From: Candidatus Micrarchaeota archaeon | Lineage (GTDB): Archaea; Micrarchaeota; Micrarchaeia; Anstonellales; Bilamarchaeaceae | Direction: 5' to 3' | NCBI GenBank assembly: GCA_022627495.1 | Contig: JAKEGJ010000021.1 | Span: forward strand, 78,612 to 142,611 | Length of the DNA: 64,000 nucleotides | Shown: in pieces, positions 46,352 to 55,177 of the stretch | Position numbering within the stretch: position 1 is the first letter of the stretch | Layout: the number at the start of each line of letters is the position of its first letter | Translations under genes and position numbers: made by a program | The notes under the pieces: model-generated | What the model was told of the DNA's origin: nothing | Database searches by the model: none | What the model saw: the letters and a program-made list of their open reading frames with translations, nothing else

Positions 46352-47404
46352 ATGGTGCTGCCCATGAACAAGCTGCTTGTGGCGGCTGCAGCCCTAGTTG
46401 TCATCGCTTTGGCCGGAGTGCTAATTCTGGGCGGTGCGCAGGAAGATGGGCCGGGCAAGACGCAGGTCCGCATAGGCTATTTCCCGAACATGCTGCACGC
46501 GCAGGCTCTTGTCGGGCGGGCGCAAAACTCGTTCCAGGATGCGCTTGGGCCGGATGCCGAAGCGGTGATGATTCCCTTCAACGCAGGGCCTTCGGTGATA
46601 GAGGCCATGTTCGCTGACGAGCTGGACATCGCGTACATCGGGCCGAATCCAGCGATAAACGGATACATCAAGTCGAAGGGAGAGGCGCTTTCCATAATAG
46701 CCGGAGCCGCAAGCGGCGGCGCGGTTCTGGTGGTCCGCAACGATTCCGGGATAGGTTCGCCCGCGGACTTCGCCGGGAAGCGTGTCGCGAGCCCGCAGCT
46801 TGGGAACACCCAGGACGTTGCCCTGCGCGCCTATCTGGCGGGTAACAACCTCAGAATAGGCACAGGGGACGGCGAGGTCGAAGTCATCCCTACGGCGAAC
46901 CCGGACATCCTCACATTGTTCCAGAAGAAAGAAATCGACGGAGCGTGGGTGCCGGAGCCTTGGGGCGCGCGCCTGGTGCAGGAAGGGGGAGGGCGGGTTT
47001 ACCTTGATGAGCGCACGCTCTGGCCGGACGGGAAGTTCGTGACAGCGCATGTTATTGCCAGCAGGAAGTTCCTGCGCGAGCACCCGGACCTCGTGGAAAA
47101 GATCCTCTCTGCGCACGTGAACCTCACGATATGGATAAACGGGCACCCGCAGGACGCCAAGGCGCAGATGAACGCGCAGATAATGGACCTTACGTCCAAG
47201 GAGCTTCCCGCCGCAGTCCTCGACGAGGCGTTTGGCAGATGCGAGATAACCTACGACCCCGTAAGCTCATCCCTCGAGGGCTCGGCAAGAAGCGCATACG
47301 AATTGGGATTCCTCGGCGACACCGAACCGGACCTCGCGGGAATTTATAATCTTACTGCCCTTAACGGGATTCTGCGGGAGAGGGGACTGGGTGCTGTGAG
47401 ATGA
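46352..47404 (+). CDS. SsuA/TauA-type (sulfonate/nitrate) ABC substrate-binding protein
   Basis: RIGYFPNMLHA, FNAGPSVIEA, YIGPNPA, PQLGNTQD, AWVPEPW. Confidence 0.9.
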   Translation: MVLPMNKLLVAAAALVVIALAGVLILGGAQEDGPGKTQVRIGYFPNMLHAQALVGRAQNSFQDALGPDAEAVMIPFNAGPSVIEAMFADELDIAYIGPNPAINGYIKSKGEALSIIAGAASGGAVLVVRNDSGIGSPADFAGKRVASPQLGNTQDVALRAYLAGNNLRIGTGDGEVEVIPTANPDILTLFQKKEIDGAWVPEPWGARLVQEGGGRVYLDERTLWPDGKFVTAHVIASRKFLREHPDLVEKILSAHVNLTIWINGHPQDAKAQMNAQIMDLTSKELPAAVLDEAFGRCEITYDPVSSSLEGSARSAYELGFLGDTEPDLAGIYNLTALNGILRERGLGAVR

Positions 47405-48234
47405 AGAAGGCGCGGAAAGTTGCGATGGCCCCCGAAAGGGGGGCGGTGGAGATATCCATCCAGGGCGTCTGGAAGGAATTCCTGATGAAGAACGGCAGGC
47501 TGAGCGCCCTCGAAGACATAAGCATAGACGTGCGCAAAGGAGAGTTCCTCTGCGTCATCGGCCCAAGCGGCTGCGGAAAATCCACATTGCTAAGCATCAT
47601 AGCAGGGCTCACGACCCCGGAGCGGGGGCGCGTGCTGATAGGCGGGAAGGAGGTCAAAGGCCCCGGACGCGACCGCGTGGTGATGTTCCAGGAGTCCGCT
47701 CTGTTCCCATGGCTGACAGCAATCCAGAACATCGAGTTCGGCCTGAAAATGAAGGGCGTTCGGGAGAAGGAGAGGAAGGGGCTCGCGCTTCATTACCTGG
47801 GGCTTGTAAGCCTCGAGCGGTTCGGGAATTCGTATATCCACGAGCTTTCGGGGGGGATGAAGCAGAGGGTGGCGCTCGCTAGGGCGCTTGCCATGGACCC
47901 GGAGGTCCTGCTGATGGACGAGCCGTTCGCCGCGCTGGATGCTCTCAGCCGCGACCAGTTCCACAAGGAATTGCAGGAAATCTGGATGAAGACGGGCCAT
48001 ACGATAATATTCGTCACGCACAACGTAAGCGAGGCGGTCTGCCTCGGCGACCGCGTCGTCCTTTTCACATACAGGCCGGGGAAGGTGAAGGAGGAGTTTT
48101 GCATCGAATATCCGAGGCCCCGGGAATCGCGGGGCGCGCCGAAACTGGATGCGATAGAGTCGAAAATACTGCGGGAGCTGGAAGTGGAGTACGCGAGGTA
48201 TCGGGAGGAGATGCTGCATGATGGGAGAGTCTAG
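47401..48234 (+). CDS. NitT/TauT ABC transporter ATP-binding protein
   Basis: GPSGCGKST, LFPWLT, LSGGMKQR, LMDEPFAALD, FVTHNVSEA. Confidence 0.93.
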   Translation: MKKARKVAMAPERGAVEISIQGVWKEFLMKNGRLSALEDISIDVRKGEFLCVIGPSGCGKSTLLSIIAGLTTPERGRVLIGGKEVKGPGRDRVVMFQESALFPWLTAIQNIEFGLKMKGVREKERKGLALHYLGLVSLERFGNSYIHELSGGMKQRVALARALAMDPEVLLMDEPFAALDALSRDQFHKELQEIWMKTGHTIIFVTHNVSEAVCLGDRVVLFTYRPGKVKEEFCIEYPRPRESRGAPKLDAIESKILRELEVEYARYREEMLHDGRV

Positions 48235-48988
48235 CCTCGCATTCATCCTCTTCTGCCTGGCCATAATCCTGATTTGGCAGGCGGTAGCGGAGGCAGGGTT
48301 CTGGCCGGACTACATATTCCCCTCGCCGGCAGGGGTGCTCTTTGCCATCATCCACGGAATCGGAGACGAGAGCTTCCTGCACGGGACAATCGCGAGCCTG
48401 AAACGCATGGCGCTCGGGTTCGGATTGGCGCTCATGATAGGCGTCGCCCTGGGGGTCGGGATATCCCAGAGCCGGCTCCTTGAACGCACGCTGGGAACGC
48501 TGGTCCTCGGATTGCAGACGCTCCCCAGCATCTGCTGGCTCCCCCTGGCCCTTCTCTGGTTCGGCCTGAACGACAAGGCCATCATATTCGTTGTTGTGAT
48601 GGGCGCCGTCGGCTCCATCACGATGGCAATCAGCTCCGGCATATCGAACGTCCCGCCAATATATGTCAATGCCGCACGGACGATGGGCGCGCGGGGCTGG
48701 AGCCTGTTTTCCGAAGTGATTTTCCCGGCCGCCCTCCCCACGATGGTGTCCGGCGCGAGGCAGGGCTGGTCTTTCGCCTGGCGCTCGCTGATGGCCGGCG
48801 AGCTGCTGTATGTGAGCGCGGGCCTGGGCCTCCTACTCCAGATGGGGCGCGAGCTGAACGACATCAACCAGGTGGTCGCGGTCATGCTGGTCATAATGAC
48901 GATAGGGTTCCTGATAGAGCGGCTCTTTTTCACGACTATCGAGGAGGACGTGCGGAGGAAATGGGGCCTGGGCAAGCGCAAGGCATGA
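48218..48988 (+). CDS. NitT/TauT ABC transporter permease
   Basis: FPSP, LQTLPSICWLPLALLWFG, AARTMGA, WRSLMAGE. Confidence 0.92.
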   Translation: MMGESSLAFILFCLAIILIWQAVAEAGFWPDYIFPSPAGVLFAIIHGIGDESFLHGTIASLKRMALGFGLALMIGVALGVGISQSRLLERTLGTLVLGLQTLPSICWLPLALLWFGLNDKAIIFVVVMGAVGSITMAISSGISNVPPIYVNAARTMGARGWSLFSEVIFPAALPTMVSGARQGWSFAWRSLMAGELLYVSAGLGLLLQMGRELNDINQVVAVMLVIMTIGFLIERLFFTTIEEDVRRKWGLGKRKA

Positions 48989-49214
48989 GCGATGCCCCGG
49001 CGCAACGGGAGCGCGGGCTGCGCGCCTGCCGGCTGGCTCGGTTGCAGAAAGTGGAGGAATAGGTTTTTAATAACTTTCCCGCATAAATAGATAAACATGC
49101 GAGCACGGGCGCTGCGCCAAACGCGCGCGTTCTGGCCGCGTGGAGACAAAAAAGCAAAAAATCGGGAATATGTTTAAAAATTTATCCGCAAAAGAATGGT
49201 AGCAAGGATGAAAA

Positions 49215-49646
49215 ATGAAATTGGACCACATACATATAACGGTAAACGCGAAGATTGATCCTTCTTTTAAGGCGTTGCCAAAGGACGATGCGAAGCGTTT
49301 TGTGGACAGGCTTCTCAAGGAGATAAACATGAAGCCCCTGGGCCCGATTAACTGGGCCGATGCGGAGGACCTCGATTTCCCGGGGCAGAGCTTCGTGCAG
49401 ATGATTACCACGAGCCACTGTTCGCTCCATTTTTTCAACCACAAGGACGGCACGAACGAAATCTACTTCGACCTCTATTCGTGCAAAACGTTCGACTCCG
49501 AGCGGGTAATCGGACTTCTCGACGAGAAGTTTGGCCTGAAAGAATGGCACGGCATCCTCTACAACAGGTCAAACGACGGCAAGCCACAGGTCAAGACACT
49601 CGGCACCGCGGCCAAAGAGGTCATGGTGGCGAAAGTCAGGAACTAG
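49215..49646 (+). CDS. S-adenosylmethionine decarboxylase-like pyruvoyl proenzyme
   Basis: GQSFVQMITTSHCSLHFF (self-cleavage motif, T-S-H variant); YFDLYSCKTFD. Confidence 0.75.
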   Translation: MKLDHIHITVNAKIDPSFKALPKDDAKRFVDRLLKEINMKPLGPINWADAEDLDFPGQSFVQMITTSHCSLHFFNHKDGTNEIYFDLYSCKTFDSERVIGLLDEKFGLKEWHGILYNRSNDGKPQVKTLGTAAKEVMVAKVRN

Positions 49647-49761
49647 CATCTTCCGTTTTTTTCATTTTAGCTGTTTCGGGTTTTTCTTTTCCTCCAACGG
49701 CAGCACTGCCGGCGTGGAGCCGGACGCAATAATTATAACCTGCGCGGCAGGATAGGAAAGC

Positions 49762-50217
49762 ATGAGGCTTCTTGTGGTTTCGGTCGGGATTCTGGCGCTT
49801 CTTGCCGGCTGGGCTTTCGCCGGATGCGCATCGGACGCATACAGCAAGACTTGCGCATCCTGCCCGTTCGACGAGAACGGCAAGGTTGACCAGTCCTGCA
49901 AGAGCGGCTACCAGTCGTCCGGGACGACGTGCGTGAGCACGAGCTATCCCATCATGTCCGCTCAGTATGCACAGGGGAAATGCCCTGCGGTCGACGGATG
50001 CGCGGACGAGCTCCGCTCATGCACCGCCCAGTATTCGTCCGGCAACGACAAGGAGGACTGCATGGAGGGCTCGGCCTCGGTCTGCTACAGCGCAGCGGAC
50101 CAATGCGTCAAGAGGGCAGCCATATCGTGCGGGGAAATAGAGAAGCCGTGCCCTGGCTCTGCGGCCACATTCATCCTGCTTTTTGCCGGCCTTGCCTTTG
50201 TGAAACTGAGGAGCTGA
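49762..50217 (+). CDS. Secreted Cys-rich protein with C-terminal Cys+TM tail
   Basis: Signal peptide, 13 Cys, ends KPCPGSAATFILLFAGLAFVKLRS. Confidence 0.75.
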   Translation: MRLLVVSVGILALLAGWAFAGCASDAYSKTCASCPFDENGKVDQSCKSGYQSSGTTCVSTSYPIMSAQYAQGKCPAVDGCADELRSCTAQYSSGNDKEDCMEGSASVCYSAADQCVKRAAISCGEIEKPCPGSAATFILLFAGLAFVKLRS

Positions 50218-50398
50218 AGCCCGGCGGGTTGTGGGGCTCCGGAGAATCCAGCGTGAATGCGGAGAGGGCGGAGAAGAAGAGCTTTCCGTTTCCCCCGACC
50301 ATGAAATTTAGGCAAAGCAGGCCCGCGCCACGGCCGGCCACGTGCTTGGCGCCCCATTTGGCCTTGAGTTTAAGGACCCCGCCGCTTTCGAAACGGGG

Positions 50399-51559
50399 CT
50401 ATTCTCCCTTGTAGATGTGCACCACGGAGGTCGCGCCGCTCCCCCCGACGTTGTGGCTCAGGCCGATATGCGCATCCTTGACCTGGCGCCCCTCGGCCTC
50501 GCCGCGAAGCTGCCAGACGCATTCGACCGCCTGCTTGACGCCGGTCGCACCGACGGGGTGGCCGCACGCCTTGAGCCCGCCGGATGTGTTCACCGGGATT
50601 TCCCCGCCTAAGGCCGTCCTGCCCTCCAGGCTTGCGGGCCCGCCTTTCCCCTTCGGGAAGAAGCCGAGGTCCTCTATGGCCATTATCTCGGCTATCGTGA
50701 AGCAGTCGTGGATTTCAGCGAAATCGATGTCCTTGGGCGCAAGTTTCGCCATGCCGAATGCCTTTTTGCCGGCAACCTGCGTCGCTTTAAGCCCGGTGAG
50801 CGATTCCCTCGAATGGAGCGCTATGGCATCGCTCGCCTGTGCGCATGCGATTATCTCAACCGGCTTCTTGCCGAAGCTGTGCGCAAGCTCCAGCGGGGCC
50901 AGCACCACCCCTGCCGCGCCGTCGGTTATGGGCGAGCAGTCGAATACCTTGAGGGGGTCCGCCACCTTCTTGGATTTCATCACGGTTTCCATAGTAATCT
51001 CGCTTTGGAACTGCGCGTACTTGTTTTTCGCGCCGTGCTTGTGGTTCTTGACCGCCACGGATGCCATCATCTCCTCTGTGGTGCCATAATCCAGCATGTG
51101 CCGCTTCGCCATGAGCGCGTATATCGCCGGGAACGTCGCCCCGAGGAAAAGCTCCCACTCCTGGTCGCCCGCCCCGCCTAGTATGTCGCTTACGGTGTTG
51201 ACGCCAAGGTCGGTCATCTTCTCCACGCCGCCCACGACGACAATGTCATGCATGCCGCTTGCGACTGCCATGAAGCCCTGGCGAAGAGCGAGGCCGCCGG
51301 ACGCGCACGCGCCTTCCACGCGGGTGATTGGAATGGGATTGAGGCCCATGTAATCCGCAATCAGCCCGCCGATATGCTCCTGGCCTATCAGGCGGCCGGA
51401 GGCCATGGTGCCGACGAAGCCGGCGTCGATTTTCTCTCCTGAGATGCCCGCGTCGCTGATGGCCTTGATGCCGGCCTGGACGACAAGGTCCCGGAATCCC
51501 AGCTCCCAATGCTCGCCGAAGGGCGTCATGCCTGCCCCTATGACCGCTACCCGTCTCAT
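50399..51559 (-). CDS. Acetyl-CoA acetyltransferase (archaeal thiolase)
   Basis: VEGACASGG, GGVEKM, CSPITDGAA, EIHDCFT, SGGLKACGHPVGATG, HNVGGSG. Confidence 0.93.
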   Translation of the reverse strand: MRRVAVIGAGMTPFGEHWELGFRDLVVQAGIKAISDAGISGEKIDAGFVGTMASGRLIGQEHIGGLIADYMGLNPIPITRVEGACASGGLALRQGFMAVASGMHDIVVVGGVEKMTDLGVNTVSDILGGAGDQEWELFLGATFPAIYALMAKRHMLDYGTTEEMMASVAVKNHKHGAKNKYAQFQSEITMETVMKSKKVADPLKVFDCSPITDGAAGVVLAPLELAHSFGKKPVEIIACAQASDAIALHSRESLTGLKATQVAGKKAFGMAKLAPKDIDFAEIHDCFTIAEIMAIEDLGFFPKGKGGPASLEGRTALGGEIPVNTSGGLKACGHPVGATGVKQAVECVWQLRGEAEGRQVKDAHIGLSHNVGGSGATSVVHIYKGE

Positions 51560-51621
51560 AAGTATAACCGGAAGTGATATTGCCTGGAAAACATTTAAAG
51601 CGGAGCTTCCATTGTCTTGAT

Positions 51622-53019
51622 ATGGGAACGGGGGCCTTCTATCCTTTTACTGCGGAGAAGCGCGAGGAGTGCGGCATCGTAGCCATCTATTCGAAAACAG
51701 GGGATGATGTCGCTCCCCATATCTGCCGCGCGCTAATCGCCCTCCAGCACAGGGGCCAGGATGCAGCGGGGCTTGCGGTTTTCGACGGAAAAAACATAGA
51801 GGCGAGACGCGGCATCGGGCTCGTTTCGGAAGTCTTCGAACCCGGGGATTTGAAAATCCGGGGGCGTGCCGGAATCGGCCATACGAGGTACCCGACGCAT
51901 GGCGAATGCAGGCTTTGCGACGTCCAGCCGATGGTCTGCAAAGGCATCGCGGTCGCCCACAACGGCCACATCGCCAATTACTCAGCGCTCCGGAAGGAAG
52001 AGGAGGCTAAAGGCTTCGAGTTCACGAGCTCGGTCGACTCCGAATTGATTCTGTCGGTTCTTGGGCGCGAAACCGACCTCGGGAAGGCGGTTGGGGGGAT
52101 GATGGAAAGGCTTGAAGGCTCGTATTCTGTCGCCTCAATCGTCAATGGACGGCTCGCAGTCTTCAGGGACCCTTTCGCAATCAGGCCGCTGGTCTGGGGG
52201 GAAAACGACGAATTCATCTGCTTCGCTTCGGAAACGGTCGCTCTGGACATTCTGGGCATACCGTATAGGGGGGACGTCCGCGGCGGGGAGCTCGTCGTCA
52301 TCGAGGGCGGGGTGGCCTCGAAGAAAGCGATTGCGCCCGCCACGCCGAGGCACTGCATGTTCGAATACGTCTATTTCGCCCGCCCGGATTCCACAATCGA
52401 CGGACAGGGAGTGTATTCGGCGAGGCAACGCCTGGGCCGGGTGCTCGCGAAGGAGGCTCCGGCCGATGCGGATGTCGTAGTGCCCGTACCGGACACCTCG
52501 CGCACTGCCGCGGCGGCGTATGCCGCAGCGCTCGGCCTGCCGTGCGAGGAGGGCCTGATTAAGAACCGCTACATAGGCAGGACGTTCATCATGCCGAGCC
52601 AGGGGGAGAGGGCGGAGGCTGTCCGGCTAAAGCTAAACCCGCTCCGGGAAGTGGTGTCCGGCCGCTCGGTGGTGCTTGTCGATGACAGCATCGTGCGCGG
52701 GACCACCCTGAAAGAGATTGCCGCGCTTGTTCGGGGCGCCGGAGCCAAAGGAGTGCACCTGCGCATCACATGCCCGCCGGTCAGGGCGCCGTGCTTCTAT
52801 GGGGTCGACATGTCGGAATACGGGGAATTGATAGCAAATAAAAAATCAATTGAAGAGATACGTGCTTATCTTGGCGCAGACAGCCTGGCATACATATCGC
52901 TTGACGGCCTGAGAGAGGCCATCGGGATTCCGCTCTGCGCGGCATGCCTCAACGGGGAATATCTTACAAAAGCCGTCCGGGCCATGGCGCAAAAAGCGGG
53001 GCAGCGGGAAACCGGATGA
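51622..53019 (+). CDS. purF: Amidophosphoribosyltransferase
   Basis: REECGIV, LQHRGQD, IGHTRY, CMFEYVYFARPDS, VDDSIVRGTT, PCFYGVD. Confidence 0.95.
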   Translation: MGTGAFYPFTAEKREECGIVAIYSKTGDDVAPHICRALIALQHRGQDAAGLAVFDGKNIEARRGIGLVSEVFEPGDLKIRGRAGIGHTRYPTHGECRLCDVQPMVCKGIAVAHNGHIANYSALRKEEEAKGFEFTSSVDSELILSVLGRETDLGKAVGGMMERLEGSYSVASIVNGRLAVFRDPFAIRPLVWGENDEFICFASETVALDILGIPYRGDVRGGELVVIEGGVASKKAIAPATPRHCMFEYVYFARPDSTIDGQGVYSARQRLGRVLAKEAPADADVVVPVPDTSRTAAAAYAAALGLPCEEGLIKNRYIGRTFIMPSQGERAEAVRLKLNPLREVVSGRSVVLVDDSIVRGTTLKEIAALVRGAGAKGVHLRITCPPVRAPCFYGVDMSEYGELIANKKSIEEIRAYLGADSLAYISLDGLREAIGIPLCAACLNGEYLTKAVRAMAQKAGQRETG

Positions 53020-53046
53020 TAGAATAGGGCAGAAGAACGTGGGAAC

Positions 53047-54630
53047 ATGGTCGTTGTTGAATTCGATTACGGGGAAATGAAGAGGCTGGTGGACCTTCCG
53101 AGGGATAAGATGGTAGCCATGCTTAGCGAGCTTGGCGCGCCTTCGGAATACGAGCCCGAAGTGGACAAGGTGATTACCGAGCTTACGCCCAACCGGCCCG
53201 ACTGGTACTCGATGGAAGGCCTTGCCCGGGCGCTGAAGGCGTTTCTTGGCAAGGAGCGCCCAAGATACAAGACGAAAAAATCTGATTATAAGGTCATCGT
53301 GGACCCGACGGTTGCCGCCGTCAGGCCGTACACCGTCTGCGCGGTCGTGAAGGGCCTCAAATTCAATGACGAACGGATCAGGGACGCCGTCCTGCTGCAG
53401 GAAAAGCTGCTTGCGACGCTGGGGCGGAGGGTGAAAAAGTTCGGCCTCGGAATCTACCCCCTCCACGCCATCAGGTTCCCGGTGAGTTACACGACGATGA
53501 AGCCCGGCGACATAAGGTATGTGCCGCTTGGGCATGAGGAAGAGATGGGGGCGGACGATATCCTGAAGATGCACAAGAAGGGCCAGCAGTACGGCCAGCT
53601 GCTAAAAGGGCATAAGAGGTATCCGGTCTTCGTAGACGCTTCCGGCAAGGTCATGGCCCTCATCCCGATTGTGAATTCGGCCGAGACCGGCAAGGTGGAC
53701 TCGGACACCAGGGACATCTTCATCGAGGTTTCCGGCATCGAGATGCAGTCATGCAAGGCCGCCCTCAACATCCTCGCCTGCACGTTCGCAGACATGGGCG
53801 GGGAGGTATTCGAAGTCGCCATGGATTATGGAGGGGAGAAGTTCCGGTCCCCGGACCTTTCCGAAAAAATCATGGCGCTTGATATTGGAAAGGTCAATTC
53901 CATCCTGGGCTTAACGCTTACTGAAAAGCAGGTGGCCGGCCATCTTGCGCGGATGGGCTACGGGTATTCGGGGGGGAAGGCGGCTATTCCGCCCTACCGG
54001 GCCGACATACTCGGCATTGTGGACATCATAGAGGACATTGCAATTTCGTACGGATACAACAACTTCAGGCCCACCGTCCCGGATTTCTTCTTTCCGGGCA
54101 GGACAATAACCAAATACGACGGCACGGATGCGATAATGCGCGGCATGGGGTTTTTGGAAGCGAAGACCTTCATCCTCACGAACAAGGAGAGGCTGGATAT
54201 GATTGGCATGGGCCGGGACGTGGTCGAGATAGCCAATCCCGGAACAGCGGATTATACGGTCGTGCGCCCGACGCTCATCCTCGACATGCTTGAAACGTTC
54301 AGGATAAACAAGATGAAGGGCGTGCCCCAGAAGTTCTACGAAATAGGCATAGTGAGGGACGGAAAGCAAAGCGAGAAGCGGCTCGCTTTCGGCATGATGG
54401 ACAAAAAAATCGAGTTCGCCGATGCGCGCGGAGTCCTCCAGGCGCTTGCGGCCGAAAAGGGCCTGTATTTTACCCTGGAAAAGAAGCCGCTGAAGGCCTT
54501 CGACCCGGAGATATCCTGCGCAGTCATGGCCAACGGTAATGAAATCGGGGTTTTCGGCAAGGTTAGTGGAAGCCTGCTTGAAAGGCTGGGCCTGGATTTC
54601 GAGGTATACATCTGCGAATTGTCGCTATAG
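53047..54630 (+). CDS. pheT: Phenylalanine--tRNA ligase beta subunit (archaeal type)
   Basis: TPNRPDWYSMEGLARAL, LQEKL, PIVNSAET, PPYRADIL..VDIIEDIAISYGYNN. Confidence 0.95.
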   Translation: MVVVEFDYGEMKRLVDLPRDKMVAMLSELGAPSEYEPEVDKVITELTPNRPDWYSMEGLARALKAFLGKERPRYKTKKSDYKVIVDPTVAAVRPYTVCAVVKGLKFNDERIRDAVLLQEKLLATLGRRVKKFGLGIYPLHAIRFPVSYTTMKPGDIRYVPLGHEEEMGADDILKMHKKGQQYGQLLKGHKRYPVFVDASGKVMALIPIVNSAETGKVDSDTRDIFIEVSGIEMQSCKAALNILACTFADMGGEVFEVAMDYGGEKFRSPDLSEKIMALDIGKVNSILGLTLTEKQVAGHLARMGYGYSGGKAAIPPYRADILGIVDIIEDIAISYGYNNFRPTVPDFFFPGRTITKYDGTDAIMRGMGFLEAKTFILTNKERLDMIGMGRDVVEIANPGTADYTVVRPTLILDMLETFRINKMKGVPQKFYEIGIVRDGKQSEKRLAFGMMDKKIEFADARGVLQALAAEKGLYFTLEKKPLKAFDPEISCAVMANGNEIGVFGKVSGSLLERLGLDFEVYICELSL

Positions 54631-54698
54631 GGAGACCCCATAATTCCACTATTAGGAAACCGCTTCGGGTACCGGAGCGGCATGGGAAAAGCGCGGAT

Positions 54699-54935
54699 TC
54701 AGAGAAGCTCGATGGATTCCACAGTCGTCTTATAGACGATAACCGCCTTCCCGAACCTCCTGAAGAACCTGTCGAATATTTTTTCCATCTTCGGCTCCAC
54801 CGCGAAGGCGGACTTCGTCTTCCAGAGCTCTTTTTTCAACGGAAGCCGGTTCAGGTGGTAATAGAAAAGCCTCTTGGTGCGGTTGAACGATTTCTTGTTG
54901 GCGGCCTTAAGGTCGTAGATATACAGTACGAGCAC
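54699..54935 (-). CDS. Stand-alone Cas2/VapD-like small basic protein
   Basis: (M)LVLYIYDL...FNRTKRLF...L...KTKSAF parallels Cas2 hhhxYDI...R.R..K.L....QxSVF; GGTGA RBS before GTG 54935 (alternative start 54944). Confidence 0.55.
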   Translation of the reverse strand: MLVLYIYDLKAANKKSFNRTKRLFYYHLNRLPLKKELWKTKSAFAVEPKMEKIFDRFFRRFGKAVIVYKTTVESIELL

Positions 54936-55031
54936 AGGTATCACCGAATTTCAATTGCATAGCAACGACGCAATATGAAGATGTTTCCAGCAGTGAAGGC
55001 GGCGTTTGTATGGACGGCCGCCTTCTCTGTC

Positions 55032-55051
55032 TATGTAACTATAGTTACATA
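55032..55051. promoter_or_regulatory. Perfect 20-bp palindrome TATGTAACTATAGTTACATA next to a TATA box
   Basis: Self-reverse-complementary; minus-strand TTTATTAA at 55054-55061 points to the Cas2-like gene. Confidence 0.7.
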
Positions 55052-55177
55052 ACTTAATAAACAAACAACACGTCCTTATTAGTGGAACTATACCCCCGCC
55101 CCTCCCCCTCCAAAAAGAATCAGGCTGCGCCGTAAAATCAGATTTCGCAAAACGCCTTCATTCTGTTTTCATTCCAC

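Larger units (their letters stand above)
54640..55091. mobile_element. Putative MITE-like or IR-bounded unit carrying a Cas2/VapD-like gene (alternatively an origin/regulatory locus)
   Basis: Left IR ATAATTCCACTATTAGGA (54640-54657); right IR reverse complement ATAGTTCCACTAATAAGGA (55073-55091); ACCCC directly outside both (54635-54639, 55092-55096). Confidence 0.35.

Noticed and set aside
55032..55051. XerA dif site
   Set aside because: The palindrome has no 6-bp central spacer between 11-bp arms; kept only as an operator-like site.
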